Source: Rotaria socialis (lineage: Eukaryota). From it: a DNA stretch of 61,601 nucleotides. Numbering within the stretch: the first letter of the stretch is position 1; every line of letters begins with the position of its first letter. Location of the stretch: contig CAJNYD010000496.1 of NCBI GenBank assembly GCA_905331295.1, forward strand, positions 124,001 to 185,601, in the 5' to 3' direction. The notes under the pieces were generated by a model. The model searched no databases. It was not told the DNA's origin and worked only from the letters and a program-made list of their open reading frames with translations. Shown piece after piece: positions 13,818 to 31,365 of this stretch. Both the position numbers and the translations under genes were made by a program.

Positions 13818-14419
13818 ATACGTTTCTTCATGGACGATATATTTTGTCTGCTTTATCGATTTTAATGTGATAAAATACACCTAAATAATCACCTAACAAA
13901 TGAAACTATGTAAAAGTCATTTGTAATAGTTGTAATCTTAAAAATCATGCATCTTTGGACTAATCTATTTTGTTAGTCTTGTAAAAAGTAACATTGATTG
14001 TTTGTGTGGTAAGAAGCGTTTAGTATGATAGCGAATATCAACGAACGAATATTTTAAAAATTGAACCCAGCTCAATAGAAAATAAAATGTTGTATACGCA
14101 GGAGTGTATTTGTAATGTTTTACCGATGAAATATGGTCGGAAATGGTTTAATTAATACTAAAATATTTTCTTAAAACGATTCTATACACTGTGCTATTCA
14201 GCTATAATTTATATATTCTTAAAATAAAAATTACACAAGCAACTACACTCTAATATAATACAATCCATACTGTTGAGATTATCGTTACAATTCTCTAGTT
14301 GATAATGAGACATGATTTCAAGTATTTCCTTTTAGAGTAAAATTTACTTTTTTATAAACATTCATTGTAAATTCTGACTTCGACGAATAAAACAATCGAT
14401 CTAAACAAAAATGCAGTAG

Positions 14420-14518
14420 CAAGGGCGTTAAAAGCGGGAGGGATGTGGGGCGCGACTCCCCTACCTTTGAAATTTATCACGGTGTGTCCCCTGCTTTGAG
14501 ACCCAATTTACGCCCCTG
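14420..14518. mobile_element. 99-bp hAT-type MITE
   Basis: Ends CAAGGGCGT / ACGCCCCTG, GC-rich body, flanked by tgCAGTAG and aaCAGTAG (6/8 match to an 8-bp TSD). Confidence 0.65.
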
Positions 14519-14844
14519 AACAGTAGATACTAAAATACTCAAGATCAACTTTTTCTGTTCAACCATCGAATGTACTTGTTGTACACCGAATGTAAAAGTT
14601 TATTTTTCATTCTGTTCTGTTCTGTTCTGTTCTATGTTTACTTTGCAACACAATCCAGTAGGACTTCAGCATAATTTCTTTCTTACGGAATTCTATTTTA
14701 TAAGAACGAAAAAGAAAAAGCAGACAGAACAAAGTAAAATGAAAACCTTTCCGTTGATTGGATAAAATGAAAGAGAATTTTTCTTGTAGTTGAAGATACA
14801 ACAAGTAAAAATTTTGGCTGGGTAAGATTATTTTAAATTAGGTC

Positions 14845-17363
14845 ATGCAACAGTATCTATTCTCAAAATTTTGTTTACCATTACGCGATAATAATGATTA
14901 TTGTCGTTATTTTCAATCAAGAATGACAGAAACTAAATTTCGTGCATTTGGTTTTGGAATTCTAATTGCATTATTTATTATTTATTATTTATTGTTTCAT
15001 GAAACTCAAGTAAAACCAACAATCATATTTATGAATAAAAATACTTCATCTGAACGAAAAACTTCTCATATGTATTCGTTTGTAATTAATGGAAAATTAG
15101 TTCCCAGTTTTATTAGTAAGATTTTTGACAAGGCTCAATTGCCAGCAACATGTTTAGTTGTAATTCGTACAACTGATGGAGGTATCGGAAATCGAATGTT
15201 TTTATTCGCTAGTGCTTATGGTCTTGCTCGTCTTCATCAATGTGATCTTTATGTTGGTCCATGGATTGTAAAAGATCTTCGCTCAATATTTACTATTCAT
15301 TTAAATGAAACACCTGTTCACTTAGTAACAAACGATTCCGTTGCCAATGAAACTGGAATATATGGACGATATAGTGCATGCACTTTATTTGATGACTTAT
15401 TAAAAGTTCCATTAGATCCAAACTTAACTCGATATGAAATGATTGGATTTTATCAAGCATTTGGATACTTTCTTAAGTATAAAGAGGAAATATCATATTT
15501 ATTTCAATTCAATCAATTTTCAATTAAGAACAACGTTCCACTAGTTGAACAATTACTGAAAGGTTTGTTTTCATTAATAAAGATTCATTTCGCTCACGTC
15601 AAAATTAGTATTAAAAATAAATAAATAGATGAATACATAAAGAGGGAAAATGTCAGCTAGATTAAATCAGTCTGCTGACATTTCGATAAATTAGTTGAAT
15701 TAAAAATTGAATCGACAGTTAGATCGATTTTTTTAAATTGTTTTTTCTTCTTCTAATTGAATAAAATCGATCCAGATTTATGTTGAAGGACAATCCAACA
15801 ACAAAATTGTTTCCGTAGAAACAAAATTAGAAAGGCAAGAATAAAGTCAATAACTTTGTAAGTTGTTCTATCTTATACACTAGATATTTATTAGTGCTTC
15901 TTCGTCGTTGATTCAAAATAATCAATAAATTGGAATCGATCTGAACAGTTTCAGAAAAGCATATTGATGTTTCTTGCGTTATAGAAAAAAATGTTGGCAC
16001 AAATTTCTTTTAATTAATTTATCTTATGAGAAATACGTTAGTATGATATACTCATAATACTAGTTGGAATAAAAGATGAAAACAATATATACAAGTATAT
16101 GTCGATTAGACAATACCGAAATCTATTCAATTATTTCATTGTCAATTGATCTAATACTGTCGTCATGTAGTTCATGCATTGCATACAATTATTTTCGTAA
16201 TCTGATCTCATCTATAGATTCATGCGACAAAATCTAATCTTTAGTAGATATTTTTTATGCTTACAAGTATTAGATAAAAGAAATTTTAAGATATCGATCA
16301 AATGGTATGAAAAAACTTGTTTCTCTCGATATTTGCAGATTTCCCAAAAACAATGGAAAACATTGTTTGTTCAGGGTAAAGTGATGAGAAGCAGTCTATG
16401 TGTCTGTACTATCAAGAATAAGAGGTTGATTTGTTCGAACCTAGGAATTCTATTTTTTTTCTTCTAAGAGCAGATCTCGATAAAAGCCTGAATGAAGCTT
16501 GTGTTTCTTTTATTATGATGATTTTAGCATAAAATAAGCATTCATATTTTTGGAGTATTTACGAATTATTCAAAGTCACATTCTCACGTCATCGTTAACA
16601 ACGATCATGATTAGGCAGATCTTTCATGTGCGCGTGTAAAATTGAGTACAAGTCTTATGTCTGTTTCGTATAAAATTGAAATTTCTTACTGTTCGATGTC
16701 AGATGAATCATGCGTTTGACATTGATGCTCTCATGAAAACTAATTGTATCAAAAAGTTCTCGATAGTAAGCTTTAGTTAAGCTAATAAAAACAGAAAATC
16801 TATTTTTTTTCTTCTTTTCAGTTGTTTGGAATATTCCATTAAACCTCGGCAACTATACCAAAGACAATGTAACTCATCAATATTTGAAATCTCTTCTAAC
16901 ACGTCCACCAGCTCCATTAATACCTGTGACATGGATTGGAATCCATATACGGCGCGGTGATTTTTTAACATTTTTTAAAATTGATACAAGTAGTGGATAC
17001 CTAAATTTTGCAATGAACTATTATCGTCGAAAATATATCAATTGTCGTTTTTTAATAGCTAGCGATGATAAAGACTATGCAAAAACAAATTTAGGAAATC
17101 TTTCCGATATTTTTATAACTCCTAACTCGTTCTTTTCAGGCGACGATTTAGCTGCTCTAACCTTATGTGAACATACAATCGTAACAGCAGGTAGCTATGG
17201 TTGGTGGGCAGGATGGTTAGCCGGTGGAAATGTTGTTCATGATCTTAATTATCCAGTTGCAAAACAAAAGTGTTTACGAGAACATTATTTTCCACCTTGG
17301 TTTCTTTTTCCACACAATAGCTCCAGTCAACAACCGCCATCAATGCGACCCTCAAATCAGTAA
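14845..17363 (+). CDS. Glycosyltransferase family 11 alpha-1,2-fucosyltransferase (type II membrane), 2 exons
   Basis: Exons 14845-15562 and 16822-17363 splice in frame. TM segment AFGFGILIALFIIYYLLF; GT11 motifs GGIGNRMF, GFYQAFGYF, GIHIRRGD, ASDD, DLAALTLCEHTIVTAGSYGWWAGWL. Confidence 0.92.
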
Positions 17364-17608
17364 ATATATTGATAAGGATTGTTTTTTTGCTCATTTCTGT
17401 AATAAAATATCTTAACGAAATTTTGCTAAAATTTATTTATATATTTTTTTTAAATTCTAGTTTATTGTTTTTTCTTTTGAATAATAATGGATAATGAGAA
17501 CAAAAAATATGGAGGCAGTGCTAAGAACGACTACAAACAGACTACAAAATAAAGACAACAGGCAAATATATATACATGCCCAACGAAGAAATGATCAAAA
17601 AATGTTAA

Positions 17609-23189
<5,581 letters not shown>

Positions 23190-26100
23190 GACTCGATAAG
23201 TGTAACTTTGAAAATCTTAAAATATATAAACAAAAGAAATAAAAAGAAGATATGAACCTAACACAAGTGATCATAGAATAAATATGCAATTGAATCTTTA
23301 AATAAACGTGTTCACTATTTGCAACGGACGAGTTATTTTTACTAATAACTAATCCTCATCAATCAAAGCATCAATAGTCTACGCCAATCATTTTTCTTTT
23401 TAACTTGTTATCATGCGTCTTACAGTGACATCTTTCATTGTCAACATATGTGGTAAAATTGCTTAGAATTTCCTTCTGATTAGTTTGAAACATAGGATTC
23501 AACAAGTTGACTATATAAAATTTAACATGGCTCAAATCTTCGAAACACGTTTATGCATGACTTATTCGTTGATTAATGTACAATCTACTCAGATCATTAT
23601 AAAACTAAATTATTTTTCACGTAGAAAATAAAAAAATGAATTCTTTATTTAGGAGATTTCTACCTACGAGAATCTACAATTCTACAGATAACATTCAACC
23701 TTGATTGACTTGAACTCATAGAAAGAGAAAAGTTAACATTCGAAATTAAAAAAACATATTTTATGTTCTTCACGCATTCATTTGTGTGCATTAAAAAATT
23801 TTTTTTTTAATTAGAACCGCAACTGTGTGATCTTAAAATACACGAGGTCGTTAGCGCAGTCAGAGATACGGCCATTTGGCAATTGCTTACCAATTCAACA
23901 ACCATTGCTCAATGTCGAAAGATCTTGATACACATACATGTACAGAGACTCGAGTAATGCCATTTTAATGCATCGTATCTTATTGTGATCTAATCAAGTG
24001 ATTCAAAAAAACCAACTAACTATTTCTATTCTATAAACCCATACTTGGAATGATAATCATTCGATATCTTTGGTGTCGTGCCAAAATATTTGCTATGTCA
24101 CTTAAATTCAATAATGGTTCTATTTGTGCTGATTTGTATTTTTTTTGACGAAATCTATTCAAATATTTGAAAACTGAAGAGAACATTCGTGAAAAACTAC
24201 ATAAAAAGACGAACAATCTAGCATGTTAGCTGAGAGTAACGAACTTCTCTTCAATAAGCGTCAATTTCATGGGATGACAATATATACTTTTTAAAGTGTC
24301 GCCCAATCGATTTGTAATTACGAATTGTTGCTCATTCGTCGAAATAATTTAGCTAGAAAATGCCCTATGACTTGAAAATTCCTGACTATACCACTGTACG
24401 CAGCACTCGGTAAAATTTCTGTTTGTTCGTTGTTTCTTGTGCATTCCCTGAAAACATATCTAAAAGTGCCAATGCAGAAAATTTTGACTTCCAACAGCCT
24501 TCCTTTGAAATGTTAATTAATATCGGCTTACTACCGATATGATATTTTTATGAAAATGACAAATTTTTCATAACATGAAACACCTGATGTGAAAGTACTA
24601 TTAACAGAATAACACACATCTCATACGGGACTCTGCAAGACGGCTATATAATGAGTTTCAAAATGACTTCGTCAAGCTTTCGATCCATGCAGTTATGGGT
24701 TCAGAATGGCAAATGTTTTCATGCGCGATATTCTATGCAATGAATTTTTCAAGATTTACTGTTTAGTGAAAGCTAATTCAATAGATCGCTGTTCCAAAAA
24801 AACAGACAGCAAACATTCCAGGTTGTTTAATTTAATATTCTATGGAAGTATTTAGTAAAATGTCATATAACGAAACAACAATTACAAGTAAAGAAACCCC
24901 AGGTGTGGATGTGGGTGTAATGGTGGTGGTGGTGAATTATATTATACGTTAGTTTTCTCATAGCTGACACCCACACCTCAAATGATTTATTTTCTTCAAT
25001 GAAAAATATGTCAGTGTATTCTATCTGCACATGAGTTGGATTAAGATAGAACAATATTTTCGTTTGACTTATTTTGAATGGAGAAAAAGAGTTTTGTTTT
25101 CTTATATGTCTGCAAGAGCTGTTATCCACAAAAATAAAAAGTTCACTTCTGTTGGAAAATATCGAAATAAAAAATCATAAATAAATAGTGTCATAGATGC
25201 TGCCATTATACACAACCATCTTCAATAAAAAGTCAATGAGACCAATGGAAGACTATCTGATTCCAATTCAACTATAATAAACGTCATTTACCAAATAATA
25301 AAATATACTGTGAATGTATCCAATCCACAAGATCGGTTGAGAGCATCGCAAAAATGAATCATGAATAAATTAGTTACTATATTGTATATATTATTGGACG
25401 CATAGAATATGTACTTTCTTTCTAAACTAGATATGAATATCCAAAAAACGAATAACAAAGTTATTATTGAAACGTTTACAGATTCGTATTACCAAAAGCA
25501 AAATATTTGCTGTTTTCATGAACTATAATCATATTATACAAAATGAGAATAAATTACCAAAAAAACATTATTGTTTATTTCTCTAGATCAGAGATAGCAT
25601 GGCCAACAAACTCTGTGTCATAGACTGTGGTGTTCGCTGCTAGTTAGAGTAGTTATAGTATACACCGTTTATACGATCCATAGCCGAATCAGAATGATGA
25701 TCAATTGTTTATCTTGATCAAAATCTTAAAAACACCTTTATTTTACATACTTGCTCAATTGGCCAGTAATTGGATATGTGAGTGCTGGTGTTGATATTCT
25801 TTTGATCATACATCCACGACCATTCTCCTAAATCGAAAAGTTTAATATACTATTACTCGTCATAATCTCAGAAAAATGCTTAGGAAAGTCTTATATATTC
25901 ATATAAACACAAAATATGCTACAGATTCACTGACGTATCTCGACAGATAGTCATAGATTTTTTTCGCGAAAAACTTCATTATTGACCAAATAATGGTGCA
26001 ACAATGAATGGAACGCATTATACAAATGAAACACATGAAAAGCTTTACTTCGAGTATTTCTCAACTATTCACACAGTTATACCTACTGATCTAGTATTAA

Positions 26101-26455
26101 AGTTAAACTTAATAACGCAACATAATTTGACCAAATCTCAAATGAATTATTTTGATGACTACACATAATTATTGAATTCTCTTGTGAAAAAATCTATTTA
26201 TTCGGTAGATGTCACCTCGTGATTATCAAATATTTCTTATATAACACAGAGTTGCCTAGTAAAAATCTGATTGCCGGTAGCAATGTCCTATTGAAATGTG
26301 TGAAAGTATCTATGACTGATTTTCAATTCCTTTTGTTGCCATTTTCACTATTCTGTTTCTTCATCTGTGCGCATGCATACAAGGCTGAAATTAGCATAGT
26401 ATTTTGTAAGCGCTATGCCCTATTATTCCACCCACCGATCTTTTCTATTCTATCA

Positions 26456-29400
26456 ATGGCAAATATAGAAGAATTAATTGTATATTCAAATAGCCGGAAT
26501 GGACTTGGAATTCGAATTTTAGGTGCTAAACGTGCTACGAATAAATCGGGTATTTATATTAAACAAATACTTGAAGATGGATTAGCACAAAGAGATGGTC
26601 GATTAAAAGTAAATATTCCAATGAGAAATTTTATTTGAAAGGATAAATTATTCGAATTTCTAGGTCGGCGATCAAATTCTTTCAATAAATGATGAAACAT
26701 CAATTGGAATTAACCGTGAACATGCTGTTAATATTCTTCGTTCGGCAGCTGCGACAAATCAAGTTCGACTTCGTATCAAACACTTTGTTCCAGCATTGTC
26801 ATCGACTGAATATCAAAAATTATTACATGATGAAAAATCTACTGATGATGATGATGATAATCATCGACATCATAATATAACTCAAAATAGAAATAATAAT
26901 ATAACAACAACAAATGAAGTTCGTATGAGAAAGTCATCTCGAAGACATCATCATAATAATAATCAACAACGTCATAGCGCATATAATTTAACATATGATA
27001 ATAGCAATAATGAACAACAATCTGAAAATAATCAATTATCACGAGGACTTGATGTTTCACATGATGCTCTTCAAGCATTACTCAATTCAAGATTTAAGTT
27101 AATTGATCTGGTTGATTTAGTTAAAAAAACTTATCCAAATTTCTTTTTGAATGATAAAAAACGAGAATTGCAATTTGTCGAACAATTATCTGAGAGTACT
27201 ACTGGTAAGCGATTATTTATTATACAATCGACTTTGATAGAAAATTAATTCGTTCATTGACTAATAAAAGAATGGAGGATTCAAAAGGTTATCGTAGTAA
27301 AATTTACTGAACTTTCAGACGATACTAAAATTTTTTTTTTGCAAATTAAGAAAACTATGGACGAAATAACAATTAAATCTTCAGAAATTCTCAAGAGAAG
27401 TGAACTTTTCTTTAAAACCAGCGCAGAAATTTCTTTAAATTCTGTTTTCCTTCTTCGATATTTTTGGAAGAGCTGCTCAATTTTTACAGAAGTTTGAATA
27501 GTGATTGATAAAGATTAATATGAATTTCTTTTGCAGAATACTTCGACAGTAGATTTGTACGACTTCATTAGTCAAATAAAGGACAAAGTTTTAAAACAGT
27601 TGTATTTTCAAATTTTCTCCTCGATAAAAATATCTAGTTATACTTCGAAATAAGATTTGAGTAGTTAGTTCGAACGGAAATTTCAAACAGCCTTAGTAGG
27701 TCTAAAAGGTTCAACGAACTGGTTGAACGATATTTTCTAGAAGATTAAGACTTTGAGTTTGGATCCGAAATTATTGAGACACCTTTTTCGTCGATGACGC
27801 AAACATTTTAAAGTTGATTAAGACGTCTTCAATGCTTTTCCATGGCCATTCTTGATCGAACAACATTTAATTAATACAAGGCTCATTCAGTATTGTTCTG
27901 TTGTTTTCCTAGAAAATTTCAATAATATGACTATTTTGGGCATTTCGAGGTCTTCTGTAAAATAAACAGTGCGATAAACAATAGTCACGGACAGAAATCA
28001 GACATGTGTCCTTGTAATCAATAATGTTAGCTTTATCGAATAAAATCATTTCTCCAAAGTTATGAATTGAAGAAAAAAAACTAGCTACAAGAATCTTAAT
28101 CTTTAGGAAGTCATTGATCAAGCAGTTCTATTCAAGTTCTGTAATCCAGAGAATTTGTCCAAGTTTTTTTTAGCATTTTAAATAATTTCTCAGACTCTTT
28201 CTAGTTATTATCCTGGAGAAAAATTAAGAAATCAAGTTGCTTGAAATATTTTTCCTGTACTTAATTAGCATAAAATTATTTTCATTGAAAACAAAACCTT
28301 TTCTCATACCAAACATTTATCAAATGATAAATCAATTTTCTCACAAGTTTTATCTCGTCGTATGAATTTTCTACAGAATAGAGGAACACTTCAAATATTG
28401 ACTTTTCTAGATCTATCTTCTCGATTGATGAAATTTTCTAATAAGATATTTTCTATTCTAAGAGATTCATAATGAATGAACTAAATTGAGAATATTATTT
28501 ACAAAGGATTTAAACATGAAAATCTTTTTTTCAAAATGATCTAAAGTAAGTGATAGTATTTTGTTCGAAAACTCCTCTGAATTAGCATAGTTGAAAAATC
28601 GTATTACATCGGAATCTATTAACAATATTATGTAACATCAATAGAAGTTAACAAAAAATAGCCATATTCGTCTGAAAAATAATTTATCATTTCATTTCGA
28701 ATTCATCATTATTTATTTTTATCTGGTACGTGTTGATAACATGAAAAGTGTCTGGATTTTCTACACTATAGTTTAATAAACGTCTATTGGAAATGATTTT
28801 TCTGAAATAGATTTTTATTCAAATAAATTCTCCTTTCATTAAGTCAATGAAATCTCTTTCCATGGTCAAAGTGTAACAGATGATGAGTCGTCGAAAGACA
28901 AAAAAAAATCATTTATACCAAAAACTGACTCGCATTTGAAAATATTGTTTCAATTTGACTTTAAAGATTTTAAAAATTTGATTTGTGCCTTTGTTTCCAA
29001 AATTTTAAATGTAAAAGTTTTTATTTTTATTAATAGATGGTCGTATAACATTAAAAGAATTCGAACGTCAATCGAGTGTTCTTCTTGGAGAACGTATAAA
29101 TGTTCTTGTCCCATTTTATTCTTCATCTAATAATTCTTCTCATTCAAATGATACTGAACTTATTGTTGAACTTCGTCGTGAAATAGCATCCTGTCATGCC
29201 ACGATCGATGAACTTCAAACAAAAATTGTAATTTGTGAAAAATCTCAGCGTTTATCGAATGAAGTGGAAGTTGAATATGAAGATTTAGTTAAATTTTTAT
29301 ATGAACAATTACGTCAATATAAAATAAATGAAACAAATCAATTAAAACAAATACGAGCAAATGACCAATTAATACAAAAATTATTTAATTATTTGTCTAT

Positions 29401-29533
29401 TTATGTTAATGAACCAAAAGATGAACATGTATTAGCTCAACTTAAATATGAATACGAACAACAACAAAAAAATTTACAGAACAGTAATGATATTTCAATC
29501 ATATCAACTAATAAATATCGACAACAATTTTAA
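26456..29533 (+). CDS. PDZ + EF-hand-like + coiled-coil protein, syntaxin-binding protein 4 (Synip)-like, 3 exons
   Basis: Exons 26456-26608, 26664-27204, 29037-29533. PDZ GLGIRILG..IYIKQILEDGLAQRDGRLKVGDQILSIND; EF-like DGRITLKEFE; coiled coil EVEVEYEDLVKFL resembling STXBP4 EMDYEEVIRLL. No C-terminal WW domain seen. Confidence 0.8.
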
Positions 29534-29837
29534 TAATTGATCGACATTTTATTTCAATTTGATGAATTTGTTTTTCGTTTTTATTTTCATTGTTTTATTT
29601 CGTTTCTTTTTATAAATGTATTATTTACATTCCAATTCAATATGAAATGAAATTAAGATAGTTGCTTGTGTTAAAAGAAAGAAAAGTTGTGAATTAACAT
29701 TTATTGGCTAATTTTGAAAAAAAAACAGAATAAAATACTAAAACACTTAATATCACAAATGATAAATAATGTAAAGAAGCACACATTATCTTTTAAACAC
29801 ACCTTTTATCTTTTATTTTTGTTTCTTAATATCCAGA

Positions 29838-30596
29838 ATGGATTTATTTTTCTTAGTTCTTATTTTATTAAATATTATTCAAATTGATGGTTCACTTGAG
29901 TCATGTCGTCAAACATTCGGCTCGCATAAATATGATCTTAATCAATTAAGTGATTTAACAATTCTTGGTACCGGTGGATTATTTCGATATGCACTTACTC
30001 CTTGTGGTTTAGTACCAACAAATACATGTGGTAAAAACACATTGCCATTTGAGCGAGGTATGACTTCATGTCAAGAAAGAATCGCAACAGCGACGTTTGA
30101 GGCATCTATGGGGTTTCTTGATGGATATGGCAAGTCACCTAATCTTCAATTTAGTGAAAATCCCCAAGGACCAGGCACTGGGATCATTATGAATATAAGC
30201 AATGCTTTGTGTAACGGAGGTCCACGTCTTGTTAAAATTACATTCATTTGTGACAAAAATATTAAAAAACCAACAACAATGAGCGTATCTGAAAATCCTG
30301 CATGCCAGTTTACGGTTACAATAAAAGCAGCTGAAGCTTGTCCTCTTACAAAAGATTTGACTGGTGGAGCTATTTTTATTATAATATTGTTCGTCTTAGT
30401 AATTGTTTATGTTGTTAGTGGCGTTTTATATAATCGATTTAAACGCAAAGAAACAGGCTTAGCACTTTTACCACATGTGAGTTTCTGGTTACATCTAGGT
30501 GAATTAAGTCTTCATGGTTGCAAATTTACTTGGAATTGTATTCGTCGTTGTAGTTGGCAAACATCGACACCGTCAACAGCATACGAATCAGTGTAA
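29838..30596 (+). CDS. Single MRH-domain type I membrane protein (cation-dependent M6P receptor / ATG27-like), intronless CDS
   Basis: Signal peptide, KYDLNQL, Y..TPCG, CNGGPRLVKITFICD, ENPACQF..AEAC, TM GAIFIIILFVLVIVYVVSGVLYNRF, LPHVSFW, C-terminal YESV sorting motif. Confidence 0.88.
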   Translation: MDLFFLVLILLNIIQIDGSLESCRQTFGSHKYDLNQLSDLTILGTGGLFRYALTPCGLVPTNTCGKNTLPFERGMTSCQERIATATFEASMGFLDGYGKSPNLQFSENPQGPGTGIIMNISNALCNGGPRLVKITFICDKNIKKPTTMSVSENPACQFTVTIKAAEACPLTKDLTGGAIFIIILFVLVIVYVVSGVLYNRFKRKETGLALLPHVSFWLHLGELSLHGCKFTWNCIRRCSWQTSTPSTAYESV

Positions 30597-31365
30597 CTTT
30601 TTGTTGTGATCATTATTTGTAACAGCGAAATTATACGTCTGTTTTACTGTAAAAATTCATGTTTTTCATCATTCTAAACTTATTTTAGCACTGCTAGTAT
30701 GATTGACTATGCTACAATCGATTATCTAATACATTTAATTTAATTTTCATTTTTAAAGTTTATTCAATGTTACACATAGAAAATAATAGAATCCTTTATC
30801 TATAAAGGATGACTTCGGAAAAAAATTCTTTATCTGAAAAAAATGAAAAAAAATCTGAAAAGAATATATTTTGGTCGTTTGCATCTTAATTACTCATAAA
30901 CATCAATGTTGATTGTTTCGATGAAATGTGATCTACTTGAATAATTGGCGACTCAGAAGAGTTTATTAGAAAATGAAGGCTTCTTATATTCAATGAATAA
31001 TCATGAGAGTGTTCCAATTACAAATGCATATCGGTCACTGCTAAAAATGTCTGAAACTATATATAATTTATATTGTCAGAGAAATGGTTCAGTCATTCGT
31101 ACACTAGTGTCATCTGTATTCTGTGTTCTGTGTAAAATAAATATTAAAAATTGTTTTATTTAATAAGACATAAAAACAATCATATAAAAAATAAGTTCGA
31201 ATCTGTTTTTCTTAAATCACTCAATTACGAACAGTAGATATGCTCATCTATAAGGGTAAATACCATAGATTAACACAGCTTCATGGCTCTAGCTCCAATC
31301 TACAACTATTATTGAACAATTATTTAACTTGATTTGTTTGGTTTGACATACTTGTAAAATCTAGA

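Noticed and set aside
14609..14634. (TTCTG)n and other microsatellites, e.g. (GA)n at about 12214
   Set aside because: Ordinary simple repeats with no further structure.
26219..26455. N-terminal extension of the PDZ ORF in the track
   Set aside because: Non-ATG start and non-coding-like composition; the ATG at 26456 directly precedes the PDZ domain.
27250..28400. Possible decayed transposase in the large intron of the PDZ gene
   Set aside because: No convincing motif recovered in any frame by eye.
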